DNA of 64,000 bases, from the NCBI GenBank assembly GCA_963751455.1, contig CAVVUN010000015.1, forward strand, positions 1,152,001 through 1,216,000. The letters are read 5' to 3'. The notes below the pieces were generated by a model. It was given only the letters and a program-made list of their open reading frames with translations, searched no databases and had not been told where the DNA came from. This DNA comes from Nitrospirota bacterium. GTDB lineage: Bacteria > Nitrospirota > UBA9217. The position numbers were made by a program, and so were the translations under genes. The stretch's first letter is position 1. The number at the start of each line of letters is the position of its first letter. Positions 50,772 through 61,512 of this stretch are shown here, piece by piece.

Positions 50772-50939
50772 ATGAAAAAAGAGGTCATCATTACCGCCAG
50801 GGTTACGCCCGAGACCAAAGACATTATCCAATCTCTTGCCGACAAGGATGAGCGCACCCTTGCCTGGATGGTCCGCAAGCTGCTGCTTGAGGCGCTGGAA
50901 GCGCGCGGGCTCGTCAAAAAACAGAAGCGGGAAAAGTGA
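50772..50939 (+). CDS. Ribbon-helix-helix (CopG-like) DNA-binding protein
   Basis: Hand-translated MKKEVIITARVTPETKDIIQSLADKDERTLAWMVRKLLLEALEARG (55 aa). Divergent from the lipoprotein gene. Confidence 0.72.
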   Translation: MKKEVIITARVTPETKDIIQSLADKDERTLAWMVRKLLLEALEARGLVKKQKREK

Positions 50940-50963
50940 CGTATTCGTAACAATTAAGAATGC

Positions 50964-51085
50964 GTCACCCTGATCCTTCTATTTGTTCCGAATAAAAGCG
51001 CAGCAAAGTGAAGAATCCGGCTCAGGACAGGTTCGGTCTTTCAACGTGTTTGAAAACCAAGATTTCTCACTTCGTTCGAAATGAC
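50964..51085. repeat. REP-like GTCA...TGAC imperfect palindrome
   Basis: GTCACCCTGA...GTGAAGAATCC...AGATTTCTCACTTCGTTCGAAATGAC. Confidence 0.55.
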
Positions 51086-51172
51086 AAAACAAGTAATTTG
51101 CCCTCGCGTCGTCCGTTCCTTTTTGACTTTACCCTCTCCTTGTGATATTTTGTAACCATATCCGGAGGAGCC

Positions 51173-51367
51173 ATGGCTATGGAAAAAGTCCTGATTAAGA
51201 CCGATGAGTTCAATGGCCGCTATGTGGCGATGAAAAGCTTTGACGATCCCACCGTCGTGGGCGCCGGCGACGATCCTGCAGCCGCTCTGCTCGACGCCTT
51301 ATCTAAGGGATTCAGCGACCCTGTCCTTCTCTACATTCCCGAAAAAGAAACCGTTCTCATATACTGA
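51173..51367 (+). CDS. Small hypothetical protein (DUF5678-like)
   Basis: F.GRYVA...VVGAG.DP..A...A...G..DPVL.YIP, SD GGAGG. Confidence 0.65.
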   Translation: MAMEKVLIKTDEFNGRYVAMKSFDDPTVVGAGDDPAAALLDALSKGFSDPVLLYIPEKETVLIY

Positions 51368-51495
51368 TGCCTCCATTTGACTTTATGCCGAATCTCTTCA
51401 CTCCGCTCCTGGGCGTAAGAAACTTTCTCAACAATTTTATTCTGACCATCGATTATCCGAACAAAACATTTTCTCTGAGATTTACAAACTCGTAG
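51367..51495 (+). pseudogene. Internally deleted retropepsin-like aspartyl protease
   Basis: TGATG-coupled start. MPPFDFMPNL..PLLGVRNFLNNFILTIDY resembles only the C-terminal LLG..FL..F...IDY motif, and the catalytic DTG is absent. Confidence 0.5.
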
Positions 51496-51887
51496 AAGCC
51501 GCATTAATGCCGTTTCTGTTTCCTGCCAGTCTTTGATCTTCCATGCTCTTAGCGATGATTAATCACAAAAATCACAGAAATCTGCGCAATCTGCGGATAA
51601 AGCATTTCAAAGGGTCAATCGCCTGAACCTAGTTTCCAAAAGCTGAAAGCCGTAAAGGTTGATGAAGAATAGAAGGGAAAACAGATTTATTGTGCATCGA
51701 GCAATTAAATTGGTATCATAATTTGAAAAAATTCGCAAGCGAATAATTTCGCTCCGTTTTCTCCTGATTTCGATAGCTCGAATACGACGGTGTGGGTAAA
51801 TAATGTTACTGGTTGCCGCAGGAAGGTTCTTTAAACAGATGGTGAGAAGAAACAAAAAGCAGTACAGGTTGTTTAGGGAAAGTCCTT

Positions 51888-53626
51888 CTACTTGCCAAAG
51901 AGCGAACGGCAGGGGCCATGTCCCGGAGGGGACAGCAACAGGCGTACCAGGTTGGGCAGCTTCAATTTCCATCCTTTAATAGGCCAGTCGAGCTCATGCT
52001 TGTCGCAGACCTGGTCCAGCGTGTTCAGGCCCATGATTTCTTCTCTCAATTCCTCATCGACGTGCGAAGCATCTTTGATCTTTTCGCTTAACGCGATTGC
52101 GCGGGAGAGATGATCGCGCACGTTCCTCGCTTTCGAAGCCCCGATTGCCCCGTATCGTTCTTTCAGGTCCAGAAGCTTCAATGCGGAGTCGTACGTCGCC
52201 CTGACGATTTCATCCCGCGTCATCTTGTCCGTTTCGTAATTCAAAGTGAATTTCCAGCTCGGCATCAGCATGGCTTCCCGGTGCTCCTTGAGCGTCCGGT
52301 AGAAAAGCGGTAGCCGTACTTCCCGGGATCCTCGAAGATGCTGCTGCCCGGATCTATGAACGGAGCGAGGGGGGCGATCAGCGGCAGTATCCTGCCGGTT
52401 TTCCGGTTGTTTCCGTAGCGTGAGAGAAGTTCGCCGCAATAGTCGACCGTGTCCATGACGGATTGGTAGTCCTGGTGAGGCAGGCCGACCATGAAAAACA
52501 AATCGATTCTTTTGCAGCCGACGTCGATGAGCGTTTCAATCATGTGCTCGAGCTCTGCGTTTGAATAGCTTTTGCCGAAGGTTTTTCGAATTGCGGCGTC
52601 ATGCGATTCGGGCGAGATCTCAACGTTAAAAGCATACAGCGAATCGGCAACGTGGCGGAGAAAATCATTAGAAGGCGGACTGAAGAACTCGATGCAGAGC
52701 TCGTTCCTTATACGGGCCTTCTTGACTGCAGCCAGAAACCGTTCGGCATACTCCTTCCCTGCCTGCAAAAGGTCGCCGAGGACCATGACGGGGGCGCCGG
52801 TGTACTTCGCGATGCGGCGGATATCCTCGGCCACTCGCTCCGGCGACCGAAAACTGGCCTGCTGCCGCAGGCAGACTTTCTTGAAAGCCGAAACAGAGCC
52901 TCCGCAGGTGCCGCAGTTATGGTTGCAGCCCCTGACCGAAAAGACGGCCGTAACCGGGTAGCTCATCCAGTACTTGAACGGAGTGTACCCCGTGGGATCC
53001 AGGTATTTTATGGCCATCTTGATAAGATGAGAATAATCGAAATCGATATAGTCGAGGTTGTCCGGCTTGAATGAGCGCTCGTTTACGGTTATGCGTCCCG
53101 CCTTGTCTCTCCAAACCAGGTTGGGCACCTCGTCATACCCGCCTTCCGCTTCAATCGCTTTCATAAGGAGGCGGAGCGGTTCCTCCGTAGACTCGCCGCA
53201 TACGATAAAATCGACAAACGGATAATCCCGCATGATTTCTTCATGAAAATACGTTGCGCTGAGACCGCCCATTATGACGGGTGTTTCGGGATGGAGCTTT
53301 TTCACGAGCTCTGCCACGCTCAGGCTGCCGTCCACGTGCGGCAGCCAATGGAGATCGATCCCGAAGGCGACCGGGGATTTGAGCCCGGCAAGATATTCTT
53401 CTGGATCGAATGTTCTGCTGCGCAGCATCTTCATCGCCAGATTGATGATCCTGACCGATATCCCATAGCGGTTGAGATAATCTGATATTGTGAGAAAGCC
53501 GATGGGGTAGATTTCAAATATGGAGGACGAAGGCACAACATCGCTCACCGGCCCGAAGAACAAAGGCAGTTCCCGGAATTTCATGACGCTGGGAGGATGA
53601 AGGAGGACGAGGTCGGCGTCAGGCAT
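51888..53626 (-). CDS. B12-binding radical SAM protein (TIGR04190-like), frameshift near 52304
   Basis: DLVLLHPPSV...GPVSDVVPSS.IFEIYPIGF, FGIDLHWLPH, GGLSAT, CNHNCGTCGGS. The C-terminus continues in 51888..52439 after a short T run. Confidence 0.85.
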
Positions 53627-54257
53627 GGATAATCTCTCCGTAAATCTTTTGAGTATAGATCACGGCCAGCTCTTCCGCGGCTTGTTCCATTGCACGACAG
53701 AGCGCTTCGAGATGGGCTTGGAGCGCCCGATGAAACGGAGAACGGATGTTTTCACCGAGCATCCGTGTTTCGAGAATGTAAAGCTGCAGTATGTCCAGGA
53801 TGATGCTCTTGAAGGTATTTTCGTTGAACGCCTTCTTTACCGTATCGGTGAAGGGCGCTCCGTCAGGCCACTTTCCGAGCAGTGCGTACACGATTTTCGA
53901 TATGCGCCATATCCTCCTGATCCGGATATCGGCAATGTCGCTGTACGGTATGGATATGGTAAAGGACGCGATGCTCACATTCCGCAGAAACTCCTTGTCG
54001 ATCTTTTTGGTTTTCTCGAAGATTGCCTCCAGGTCGAGTTCGCAAAGCGGCTTCCCGGTCGCGAAGGCATCAGCCGCTTCTTCTATAATAAGCCGGTCTT
54101 TCTTGATTTCCTTGGTTACGTTGCCCTCCATGTACCGCGAAAAAAAAGAATGCAGCAGCGTCATCACGGAACCGCCTCTTAGACGGTCGAAACTTTTCCG
54201 TGAAAACTCCTGCATCAGAACGGTGTCTTTGTCGCAGAGAATCTCGGTCTTTTCCAT
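53619..54257 (-). CDS. Hypothetical protein coupled to the radical SAM gene
   Basis: 212-aa helical ORF overlapping the downstream start. Confidence 0.75.
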   Translation of the reverse strand: MEKTEILCDKDTVLMQEFSRKSFDRLRGGSVMTLLHSFFSRYMEGNVTKEIKKDRLIIEEAADAFATGKPLCELDLEAIFEKTKKIDKEFLRNVSIASFTISIPYSDIADIRIRRIWRISKIVYALLGKWPDGAPFTDTVKKAFNENTFKSIILDILQLYILETRMLGENIRSPFHRALQAHLEALCRAMEQAAEELAVIYTQKIYGEIIHA

Positions 54258-54457
54258 AAGAACCTTGATTAAATTGAAGAGTGAAAAATGGAAATTGGAA
54301 AATGGAAAATTAATTCAGAATCAAAAGCGATCTCGCGCTAAGCACGCAAAGGACGCAAAGGAAATCTTTAATTCCGTTTGTAAAGTCAAATAGTCTTTCT
54401 TTGCGACCTTTGCGCCTTTGCGAGAAAATTGATTTAGATCCAATCTTCAACTAATAT

Positions 54458-55165
54458 TCACTTTAGTCTTGTCGCCCGGTAAATCGTGGCGATTCCCATG
54501 CTCAGAGATTCGATGCTGACCTTGGAATAGCCGCATTCCGTAATGACCCTCCTGAATTCTTCAGGCGGATAAAATGCATTGATCGAGCGCGGGAGGTACA
54601 GGTATGGCGCTGCCGTCTTGACGATAACCTGTGCGATCGAGGGCATGACGTTGAAAACGTAAAATCGATACAGCGAGCTGAACCATTTTACATGCGGCTT
54701 GGTCAGTTCGAGACAGACGAAATTCCCCCCGGGCTTCAGCACCCGCTTGATCTCGTTAAGGGCCAGGATGGTATCAGGGATATTCCGCATTCCAAAAGCA
54801 ACCGTTACCGCATCGAAAGATTTATCGGGAAAGGGGAGGCGCTTGGCATCCGAAAGTACAAAGGAAACGTTGGCCTGCTTCCTGGTTTTCTTCTTGCGCG
54901 CGCGCACCAGCATTTCCTCGCAGAAGTCTGCGCCTGTAACCGAACCGCTTTTCCCTACTTTGGGCGACAGCAGGAAGGCCATCTCGCCGGTTCCTGTGCA
55001 GACATCAAGCACGCGGTCGCCCTGGTGAACATTCAAGAGGGCAACGGCTTTGATCCTCCAGAGGTGGTCCAACCCGAGGCTGAAGCCGCTGCTCAGTAAA
55101 TCGAGATACGGAGCCATCGTTGAAAAAATATGCTGGATAAAAAGGTCTCTCTGTTGTAACGTCAT
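54458..55165 (-). CDS. ubiE: UbiE/MenG-family methyltransferase
   Basis: SLGLDHLWR, VLDVCTGTG, LPFPDKSFDAVTVAFGMRN, RVLKPGG, YLYLPRSI. Confidence 0.85.
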   Translation of the reverse strand: MTLQQRDLFIQHIFSTMAPYLDLLSSGFSLGLDHLWRIKAVALLNVHQGDRVLDVCTGTGEMAFLLSPKVGKSGSVTGADFCEEMLVRARKKKTRKQANVSFVLSDAKRLPFPDKSFDAVTVAFGMRNIPDTILALNEIKRVLKPGGNFVCLELTKPHVKWFSSLYRFYVFNVMPSIAQVIVKTAAPYLYLPRSINAFYPPEEFRRVITECGYSKVSIESLSMGIATIYRATRLK

Positions 55166-55465
55166 TGTCTATACCGTATTGTCAATAAATGGTAACTGCT
55201 CAAATCTATCTCAGTCAATGCCTCAGACCGGTGAAGCATGAAACCAAAATCAAAAGCGGTCTCGCGCAAAGACGCCAAGGCGCAAAGAAAAAACTTAAAA
55301 TCCTGATCTTGATTTAAAAAATAATAAAGACAGTTAGACTTTCTTTGCGACTTTGCGGCTTTGCGCGAAAATCGGCTTTGGTCTTTTCAATAAAAGTTGA
55401 CTCAAAATTCAGGATATAAGTCTTTAGAGTACTTTAATACTCAAGGTAAGCTTTCTCTTGGGCGG

Positions 55466-56281
55466 TTAATAATAAAACTGCCCGAGCAGGACCAAAACAA
55501 GCAAAAAGAGCCCTATCACGACAATCGCAAAGCCGAAGAAGATGCCGAGATCGGTGAGCCAGCCCGGCTGCGGACCGATTGCAGACTCTTCGAGTCTCCT
55601 GTCACTGACCATCCTCTCAAACTCGAGCGGACGCTCCAGCCGGAACTCATGCATGGGCACCCTGCCGGTGAAGATAACGGGGTCCATCGGGAACTTTTCC
55701 GGCCTCAGGTGCGTATTGAAGAAATGGATCGTAAAGATGAAACCGGCGGCAAGAAGCGCTTCATCGCTATGGATGATCGTCGCAATGTTGAAAGCCCACC
55801 CCGGGAAGAACCGGCCGAAGAATTCCGGAAACCAGAGGAAGAGGCCGGAAACGCCGATCATGCCGACGCCCCAGAATACCGCCCAGTAATCGAATTTTTC
55901 CCAATAGGTAAAACGGTCGAATCTCGGCTTCGGTCCTTTCCCCAGAAACCACCGGAAATTAGAGTACAGGTCTTCGATGTCCTTTACCCAGGGGACCATG
56001 GATTCCGGTCCAAACGGGTTGAACGTAAATTTTTTCCTAAAGCCGATATCGTGCATCACAAACCCGATATGGGCCGCAAAATATCCGAATGTCACGACCG
56101 CACAGGTCCTGTGGACCAACCCTGCCGAGTGGTACCCGCCGAGCAATTTCATCAGCCACGCGGCCCAGGGAGCTTCCGAATATTTGAGCGGCATGCCGGA
56201 AGCAACCAGGCCGATGAAGCTGACTGCCATAACCACGTGCAGTACGCGGTGATAGGCGTTGAAGCGTTTGATCCACTGCAT
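55466..56281 (-). CDS. Membrane di-heme cytochrome b (FdnI/CbcL-C-like)
   Basis: RF...HR.LH, SGMPLKY, VHR, FTYWEKFDYWAVFWG, IIHSDEALLAAGFIFTIHFFNTHLRPEKFPMD. Confidence 0.88.
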   Translation of the reverse strand: MQWIKRFNAYHRVLHVVMAVSFIGLVASGMPLKYSEAPWAAWLMKLLGGYHSAGLVHRTCAVVTFGYFAAHIGFVMHDIGFRKKFTFNPFGPESMVPWVKDIEDLYSNFRWFLGKGPKPRFDRFTYWEKFDYWAVFWGVGMIGVSGLFLWFPEFFGRFFPGWAFNIATIIHSDEALLAAGFIFTIHFFNTHLRPEKFPMDPVIFTGRVPMHEFRLERPLEFERMVSDRRLEESAIGPQPGWLTDLGIFFGFAIVVIGLFLLVLVLLGQFYY

Positions 56282-57250
56282 TTACTCGCCCTCCCGCCGT
56301 GACGTCCGCTCCTTCAACGACCGGTACGCCCAGAGGACCGTGTGCAGTAAGAAGAAGCTGAAGACCCCGATCAGGAGCGCAGTCATGAACAGGTAGACAT
56401 AATAAAGCTCCGGATATCCGGCCCTGTCGTGCTCTTCGGCATGGGCATAGTATTTTGTAAAGCGCGATGTCGCACGCGGGTGGCACGTGCGGCAGGTGTT
56501 TACGATGTTATTCTGAGAAAGCGTGGAGGCCGGATCGGACGGCGGCAAAATAGTGTGCGCTCCGTGGCAATCCTGGCATTTTGCGGTACCGGTATAACCC
56601 AGCTTGGACACCTTTCCGTGAAACGTTTTGCGGTACGAGTTCATCTGCTCCGCATGGCAATTTCCGCATTTTTCGATCAGTCTCAGTTTCCAGGCGTCTT
56701 CAGTGGTACGCGGAGTCCGGTGTTCCAGATGGCAGTCAAAACAGGTCGCGGCGCCGGTATTTTCCCGTACGAGCAACTCTCTGCCATGAATACTTGTACT
56801 GTACAACTCGAATTCATGGGCATGGCACGAAGAACAGAGAGACGGTATGTTGGCCCTGTTGGTTCCTGAACGGGGGTCGGCGGCAGGATAGATATAATGG
56901 GACCCGTGGCAGGTCTGACACCTGGGCGCGCTATTGTTGCCGGCTGCAATCGCCTGTCCGTGCACACTCAGCTTATAATGCTGCGCCTGTTCCGCGGGAG
57001 CACCTTCCCTCCCCAGGAAGTGACAGATGCCGCAGTTTACTTTTTTTACAGAACCATGAGGATAGTCACTGAGGCCGATATGGCACCCAGCGCATGTGAT
57101 CTGCCCATGAACGGATTGCTGGAAGGCCGAACGGTCGACATACCCTGCCATGCCTTTTCGGCCATGACAGGAATAACAGTCCTCTTTGGCATATATACCC
57201 GCTGGTAGCGCAAGGCACACGGCTATAAGTGCCAGGACTGTTCGTAACAT
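56282..57250 (-). CDS. Nonaheme cytochrome c with C-terminal membrane anchor
   Basis: Signal peptide and 9 CxxCH motifs (CYSCH, CAGCH, CGICH, CQTCH, CSSCH, CFDCH, CGNCH, CQDCH, CRTCH). The TM helix carries a His. Confidence 0.92.
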   Translation of the reverse strand: MLRTVLALIAVCLALPAGIYAKEDCYSCHGRKGMAGYVDRSAFQQSVHGQITCAGCHIGLSDYPHGSVKKVNCGICHFLGREGAPAEQAQHYKLSVHGQAIAAGNNSAPRCQTCHGSHYIYPAADPRSGTNRANIPSLCSSCHAHEFELYSTSIHGRELLVRENTGAATCFDCHLEHRTPRTTEDAWKLRLIEKCGNCHAEQMNSYRKTFHGKVSKLGYTGTAKCQDCHGAHTILPPSDPASTLSQNNIVNTCRTCHPRATSRFTKYYAHAEEHDRAGYPELYYVYLFMTALLIGVFSFFLLHTVLWAYRSLKERTSRREGE

Positions 57251-57553
57251 GGTTTGATTGTATCAAAGATTTGGCCACTGTCAAGGCAGCAGCGGACAGG
57301 AGCTACGGCAAAATATCGGTAAATCATCGGTAAAAGCATCAAATATCGTTGATGCCGGGCTCCGGGATAAGATATAATAGTTTGGGGTTATACTCTTTCA
57401 ATCCGCAGATTACGCAGATTCGACAGATCACATAAAAATGAATTCTGGTTTAAAATCTGCGTTTCTCTGCGTAATCTGCGGATAAAAAAGATGACCTGAG
57501 CAGTTGGCATAAGTGCCATGCGCTATGCCCTGCAGCGCGAGGGAGGCCTCCTG

Positions 57554-57886
57554 ATGCGTAAAAAGCCGAAAGAAGAAACTGTGCCGCAAGAACGGCAGGA
57601 CACCATTCGACGACAAATGCGGACAGTCCTTGAGCAGTGCCCTTGTTCCGCAAAAGATCTGTCTGCGGATATCAGAATATCCGAAAAGGAAGTCTACGCG
57701 CATCTCGAACATATTGAAAAGAGTTTGAGCAAATCCTCCCGGCCGCTCATAGTCACTCCCGCTGTATGTAAAAAGTGCTCTTTCGTTTTTTCGAAGCGGG
57801 ACCGGCTCAAAAAACCCGGCAAATGCCCGGTATGCAGGGGAGAGTCGATTCAGGAGCCCCTGTTTTCCCTTGAACCTCCGCAATGA
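57554..57886 (+). CDS. HTH plus Zn-ribbon predicted transcriptional regulator
   Basis: SD GGGAGG, EKEVYAHLEHI, CKKC.F.F...KPGKCPVC. Confidence 0.8.
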   Translation: MRKKPKEETVPQERQDTIRRQMRTVLEQCPCSAKDLSADIRISEKEVYAHLEHIEKSLSKSSRPLIVTPAVCKKCSFVFSKRDRLKKPGKCPVCRGESIQEPLFSLEPPQ

Positions 57887-59077
57887 GAAAAAAGAGGTGT
57901 CCTCTGGCTGCCGGGGAGGTGTAAACGTGCGGCCGTTATGACGCTTGACAGCAGATAGAAGGGTATGCGCGGGATAAGCCACTTGAAGAAACGGCGATAA
58001 TCGGATCTGCCCGTGGCGATCTCGAGGTACTTCCCGATCGGTTTTTTATTATCGATAAAAACGCTGACAACCAGCCGCGGAAACCGGTCAACAAACTGCG
58101 CGATCCGCAGCGCCACCTCAAGTTGCCGCCTGATATCCCGTTCGCATTCCCGGGAATAAACAGCAGCTGCATGCCAGGGCCGCCTTCCGGGCTCGAGGCT
58201 TTCAAGGACGGCATGCGCCGCGCATCGGCCCGACTGGATGGCGTGTACAATCCCTTCGCCGTTGCAGGGGATCCGCGAAACCGGCGGCGTCACCGGCAAG
58301 TAAAATACGATTTGCGGCAATCCGTCTCGGTATTCCACCCAGGGGTATAAAATGACCGCGCACCTTGTCAATTTCTACCTGGAGAGACCGTGCATACGCT
58401 GCGAGCGTTTTTCGGGGTTCAACGAATTCCGATGCAACACCGGCTGCGCCGACCGAGTAATTTCCGCGGTGTGGAAAGAGCCACCCATACCCGGTTGGAG
58501 CGATTCCGAAGCGTAAAATTATTGTTTTATCGAGACGGGCGTCGACTTCTTCATCAATGGCCGGGACCTGACAGACAGCGGCAAGCGCCAGTTCATCTTT
58601 TTTAAAAGGCGGACGAACGAGACCGGCGACGCGGCTATGAACTCCGTCCGCCCCGATAAGGTAGCGCGCCTCGTATGTTTTCGTTTCCGTTGAAACAATT
58701 ACACTGTGGTTCGTCTCAACAACGTCAATGACCTTTTGCCCTTGCAAAAAGAGGGCGCCTTTTTCAGCGGCTTTTTCCGCAAGGACCCTGTCGAAATCGT
58801 CCCGATTCACCAGCACGGCAATCAGCTCGTCTTTCCGGATCTCAACTGACCTGTCTTCAAATTCGATTCTCACCCCATAACATTCTTTCTCGATTACCGC
58901 ATCAGGAAGGACAAAATCAAGAAGGCTGAGCGCCCGCACGGATACCGCCCCTGCGCAAGGCTTGTGTCTTGGGAAGTATTCTTTATCGAGAAGGACCGTT
59001 TTAAGTCCTTTACCCGAACATATTCTTGCGCAGGTAGAGCCTGCGGGTCCCGCTCCAACTATGACTACATCATACAT
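57850..59077 (-). CDS. Geranylgeranyl reductase-family FAD oxidoreductase, frameshift near 58268
   Basis: YDVVIVGAGPAGS, KPCAG, GADG, GYGWLFP, GDAAGFADP|CNGEGI..A..SG. One extra C in a C4 run. Confidence 0.85.
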
Positions 59078-59272
59078 AAGACCCCTCTCGTCAGGCGATA
59101 CTTTTGTATTTCGGATTTTGTTCCATCAAAAGAATTCTTTTTAAGAATACCTCATCTCAGTGCGTACTGCTCGTGGCATGATAAAACTTATACGGACTTA
59201 TTCATTTACTGGCAACATGATGCGAAAATCAAATAGAACACTACAACTATTTATTTTTGTTAGAATTGAGAC

Positions 59273-59590
59273 ATGGAACAGGACATGCTGAGTGAAGTAA
59301 TAGAGGCTGAAAAAGAGATCCAGAAATGTCTGGAGCTGGAAAAGATAAAGGTTCGCGAATGGCTTGAGACCGTAAAGAAAGAATCTGAAGAGCAATTTAG
59401 CCGGGAGGAGAACAAGATCAGGAACCTGCATGCTGAATCACTGGAAGAGGCGGCCCGGGCGGCAGAGGCGGAGGCCTTACGTACAGTCAGCCGGGCAGCA
59501 GCTCTATCGGAACGGCTCCGACAACTGCCTGCCGGGACGCTGTCTAGGTTTGTAGAAGAAAAGATACTCAAAATTCTGCCCAACATATAA
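59273..59590 (+). CDS. V/A-type ATPase peripheral stalk subunit G/H
   Basis: Charged coiled coil (IEAEKE), first gene of the operon. Confidence 0.7.
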   Translation: MEQDMLSEVIEAEKEIQKCLELEKIKVREWLETVKKESEEQFSREENKIRNLHAESLEEAARAAEAEALRTVSRAAALSERLRQLPAGTLSRFVEEKILKILPNI

Positions 59591-59609
59591 TGCCCCCAAA
59601 GAGGGTGCG

Positions 59610-61487
59610 ATGATAGTCAGGATGTCAAAAGTCGAGATCGTGGGACAGAAGGAGCTGCTTCAGGATACCCTGTCCCTTCTTCGGGACCTTGGCATTTTTC
59701 AGATCGAACCCGCCGTCATCGGCTTTATCGACAAAGCCCGGGAAGAAGACATCCGGTCATTTATACCCGATGAAAAGGAGGTGTTCGAACGGCTTTTTCT
59801 TGAAAATCTGAGACAAAAAATCAATCAACTCTTTTTCTTTCTGCCGAGGCAACCCATACGGACGAGCTATCTCGACCCCCATTCTATCCTTGATACCGTC
59901 GATAAAACAGTCGAACGGCATATTGCCGTTTCGAGGGAGCTGTCCGAAAAAAGGGACGCGCTGCAAAAGGAACGCCTCGATCTTGACCGGTATGCAATCT
60001 TTCTTGAGAGGCTGGCTGCACTGGTCGAAAGCGCTGTAGAAACTCCCGACCTGGATTTCATCGGTCTGACGATACGGGAACCGGGTATGGTTGAGCATCT
60101 TCGCGATGCAATATCCCGTATAACCGACTGGAAATTCGATCTCGTCACCAGCACGGCTGATGACGGCACGCTTGTAGGTCTTATCACGATAGAGAAAGAC
60201 CTCTCTGAAAAGGTAAAGAAAGCTCTGAGCGACCAGCATGTGCCGGAACTCTCGTTTCCTCCGTCGTTCGACGCCCTGACGTTTCGCGAGAAGGTGGCAT
60301 ACGTTGCAAAGAGGAGTTCTGAAGCGACCCGGGAAATCGAAGCAATAAATCTGGAATTGTCCAGACTGTCCCATCGATGGGTGCCCATCTATGAAGCGGT
60401 TAAGACATGGATAGACGACAGGCTCTCGCTCCTGTCGGCGTCCGCATGGAGTTTTGAGACACGGCTTTGTTTTTTTATAAACGGCTGGATGCCGAGCGGC
60501 AATGTTCAAATGCTCAGGACGAAGATGTGGGAAGCATTCGGCGCCAACGTCATACTGATTGAGAAAGAAATCCGGGAAGACGACCTGGAAAAGGTGCCGA
60601 TTGTCTTAAAAAATCGTTCATATTTCAAGCCGTTTGAACTTTTTACCAGCCTGCTTCCGCTGCCTGCATACACTTCATACGACCCGACGCCCTTCATGGG
60701 AATCTTCTTCCCGATATTTTTCGGTATGATTCTGGGCGACGCCGGGTATGGTCTCGTGCTGGGTATTACAGCCTTTATACTGAAGAAGAAATTCAGAGGC
60801 CAGGCCCTCATCAAGGACGGGGCTTCAATTCTGCTGATCGCATCTCTTTATTCCGCATTCTTCGGGGTGCTGTTCGGGGAGTTCTTCGGAGATTTGCCCG
60901 AGCGATTATTTCAGCTCAAACCGATCTGCGTAGAACGACGGGATGCCGTGATCCCCATGCTTTTCTTCACACTTGCGGTCGGCGTTGCGCACATCGTTTT
61001 CGGCCTGTTTCTGGGCGTCCTGACGGGGTTCAAAAAAAAAGAAAAAAAAGAGGCTATCTACAAACTGTTGAACATCGTAATTATCCTGTGCCTGATCACT
61101 GTGCTGGCTTCGTTATTCGGCGTTTTCCCCGGGGTCCTGGCGAGGCCGATCGTCATCGCCATCCTGTTCATGACGCCGCTTCTTTTTTTTACAGGCGGTC
61201 TGCTTGCGCCCCTTGAACTTCTGAAGAGTATCGGAAACATCATTTCCTATGTCCGGATAATGGCCATCGGACTTACGTCGGTATTGTTGGCGTTTGCAGC
61301 GAATAATCTCGGAGGCTTGACCGGCGATGTGCTGACGGGCACTGTCGTGGCCGGGCTGCTCCATTTGCTTAATTTGATTCTCGGCGTATTTTCGCCCACG
61401 ATCCACTCGCTGCGTCTGCATTACGTGGAGTTTTTCAGTAAATTCATGGAGCACGGCGGGAGACGGTTCCAGCCGTTGAAGAAATGA
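59610..61487 (+). CDS. ntpI: V/A-type ATP synthase subunit I (a)
   Basis: MSKVEIVG, GWMP, DPTP, FFGMILGDAGYG, ISYVRIMAIGL, HSLRLHYVEFFSKF. Confidence 0.93.
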   Translation: MIVRMSKVEIVGQKELLQDTLSLLRDLGIFQIEPAVIGFIDKAREEDIRSFIPDEKEVFERLFLENLRQKINQLFFFLPRQPIRTSYLDPHSILDTVDKTVERHIAVSRELSEKRDALQKERLDLDRYAIFLERLAALVESAVETPDLDFIGLTIREPGMVEHLRDAISRITDWKFDLVTSTADDGTLVGLITIEKDLSEKVKKALSDQHVPELSFPPSFDALTFREKVAYVAKRSSEATREIEAINLELSRLSHRWVPIYEAVKTWIDDRLSLLSASAWSFETRLCFFINGWMPSGNVQMLRTKMWEAFGANVILIEKEIREDDLEKVPIVLKNRSYFKPFELFTSLLPLPAYTSYDPTPFMGIFFPIFFGMILGDAGYGLVLGITAFILKKKFRGQALIKDGASILLIASLYSAFFGVLFGEFFGDLPERLFQLKPICVERRDAVIPMLFFTLAVGVAHIVFGLFLGVLTGFKKKEKKEAIYKLLNIVIILCLITVLASLFGVFPGVLARPIVIAILFMTPLLFFTGGLLAPLELLKSIGNIISYVRIMAIGLTSVLLAFAANNLGGLTGDVLTGTVVAGLLHLLNLILGVFSPTIHSLRLHYVEFFSKFMEHGGRRFQPLKK

Positions 61488-61512
61488 GGATTTTTAACAA
61501 AAGGAGGTTTTT

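Noticed and set aside
19440-59077. Frameshifts in two kinases, the B12 radical SAM and the GGR-like gene as programmed frameshifting or pseudogenes
   Set aside because: All six are single-base indels, mostly in short homopolymers or at CCTGG/CCGG sites, in otherwise intact genes. Long-read consensus error is the simpler explanation, and read mapping would decide.
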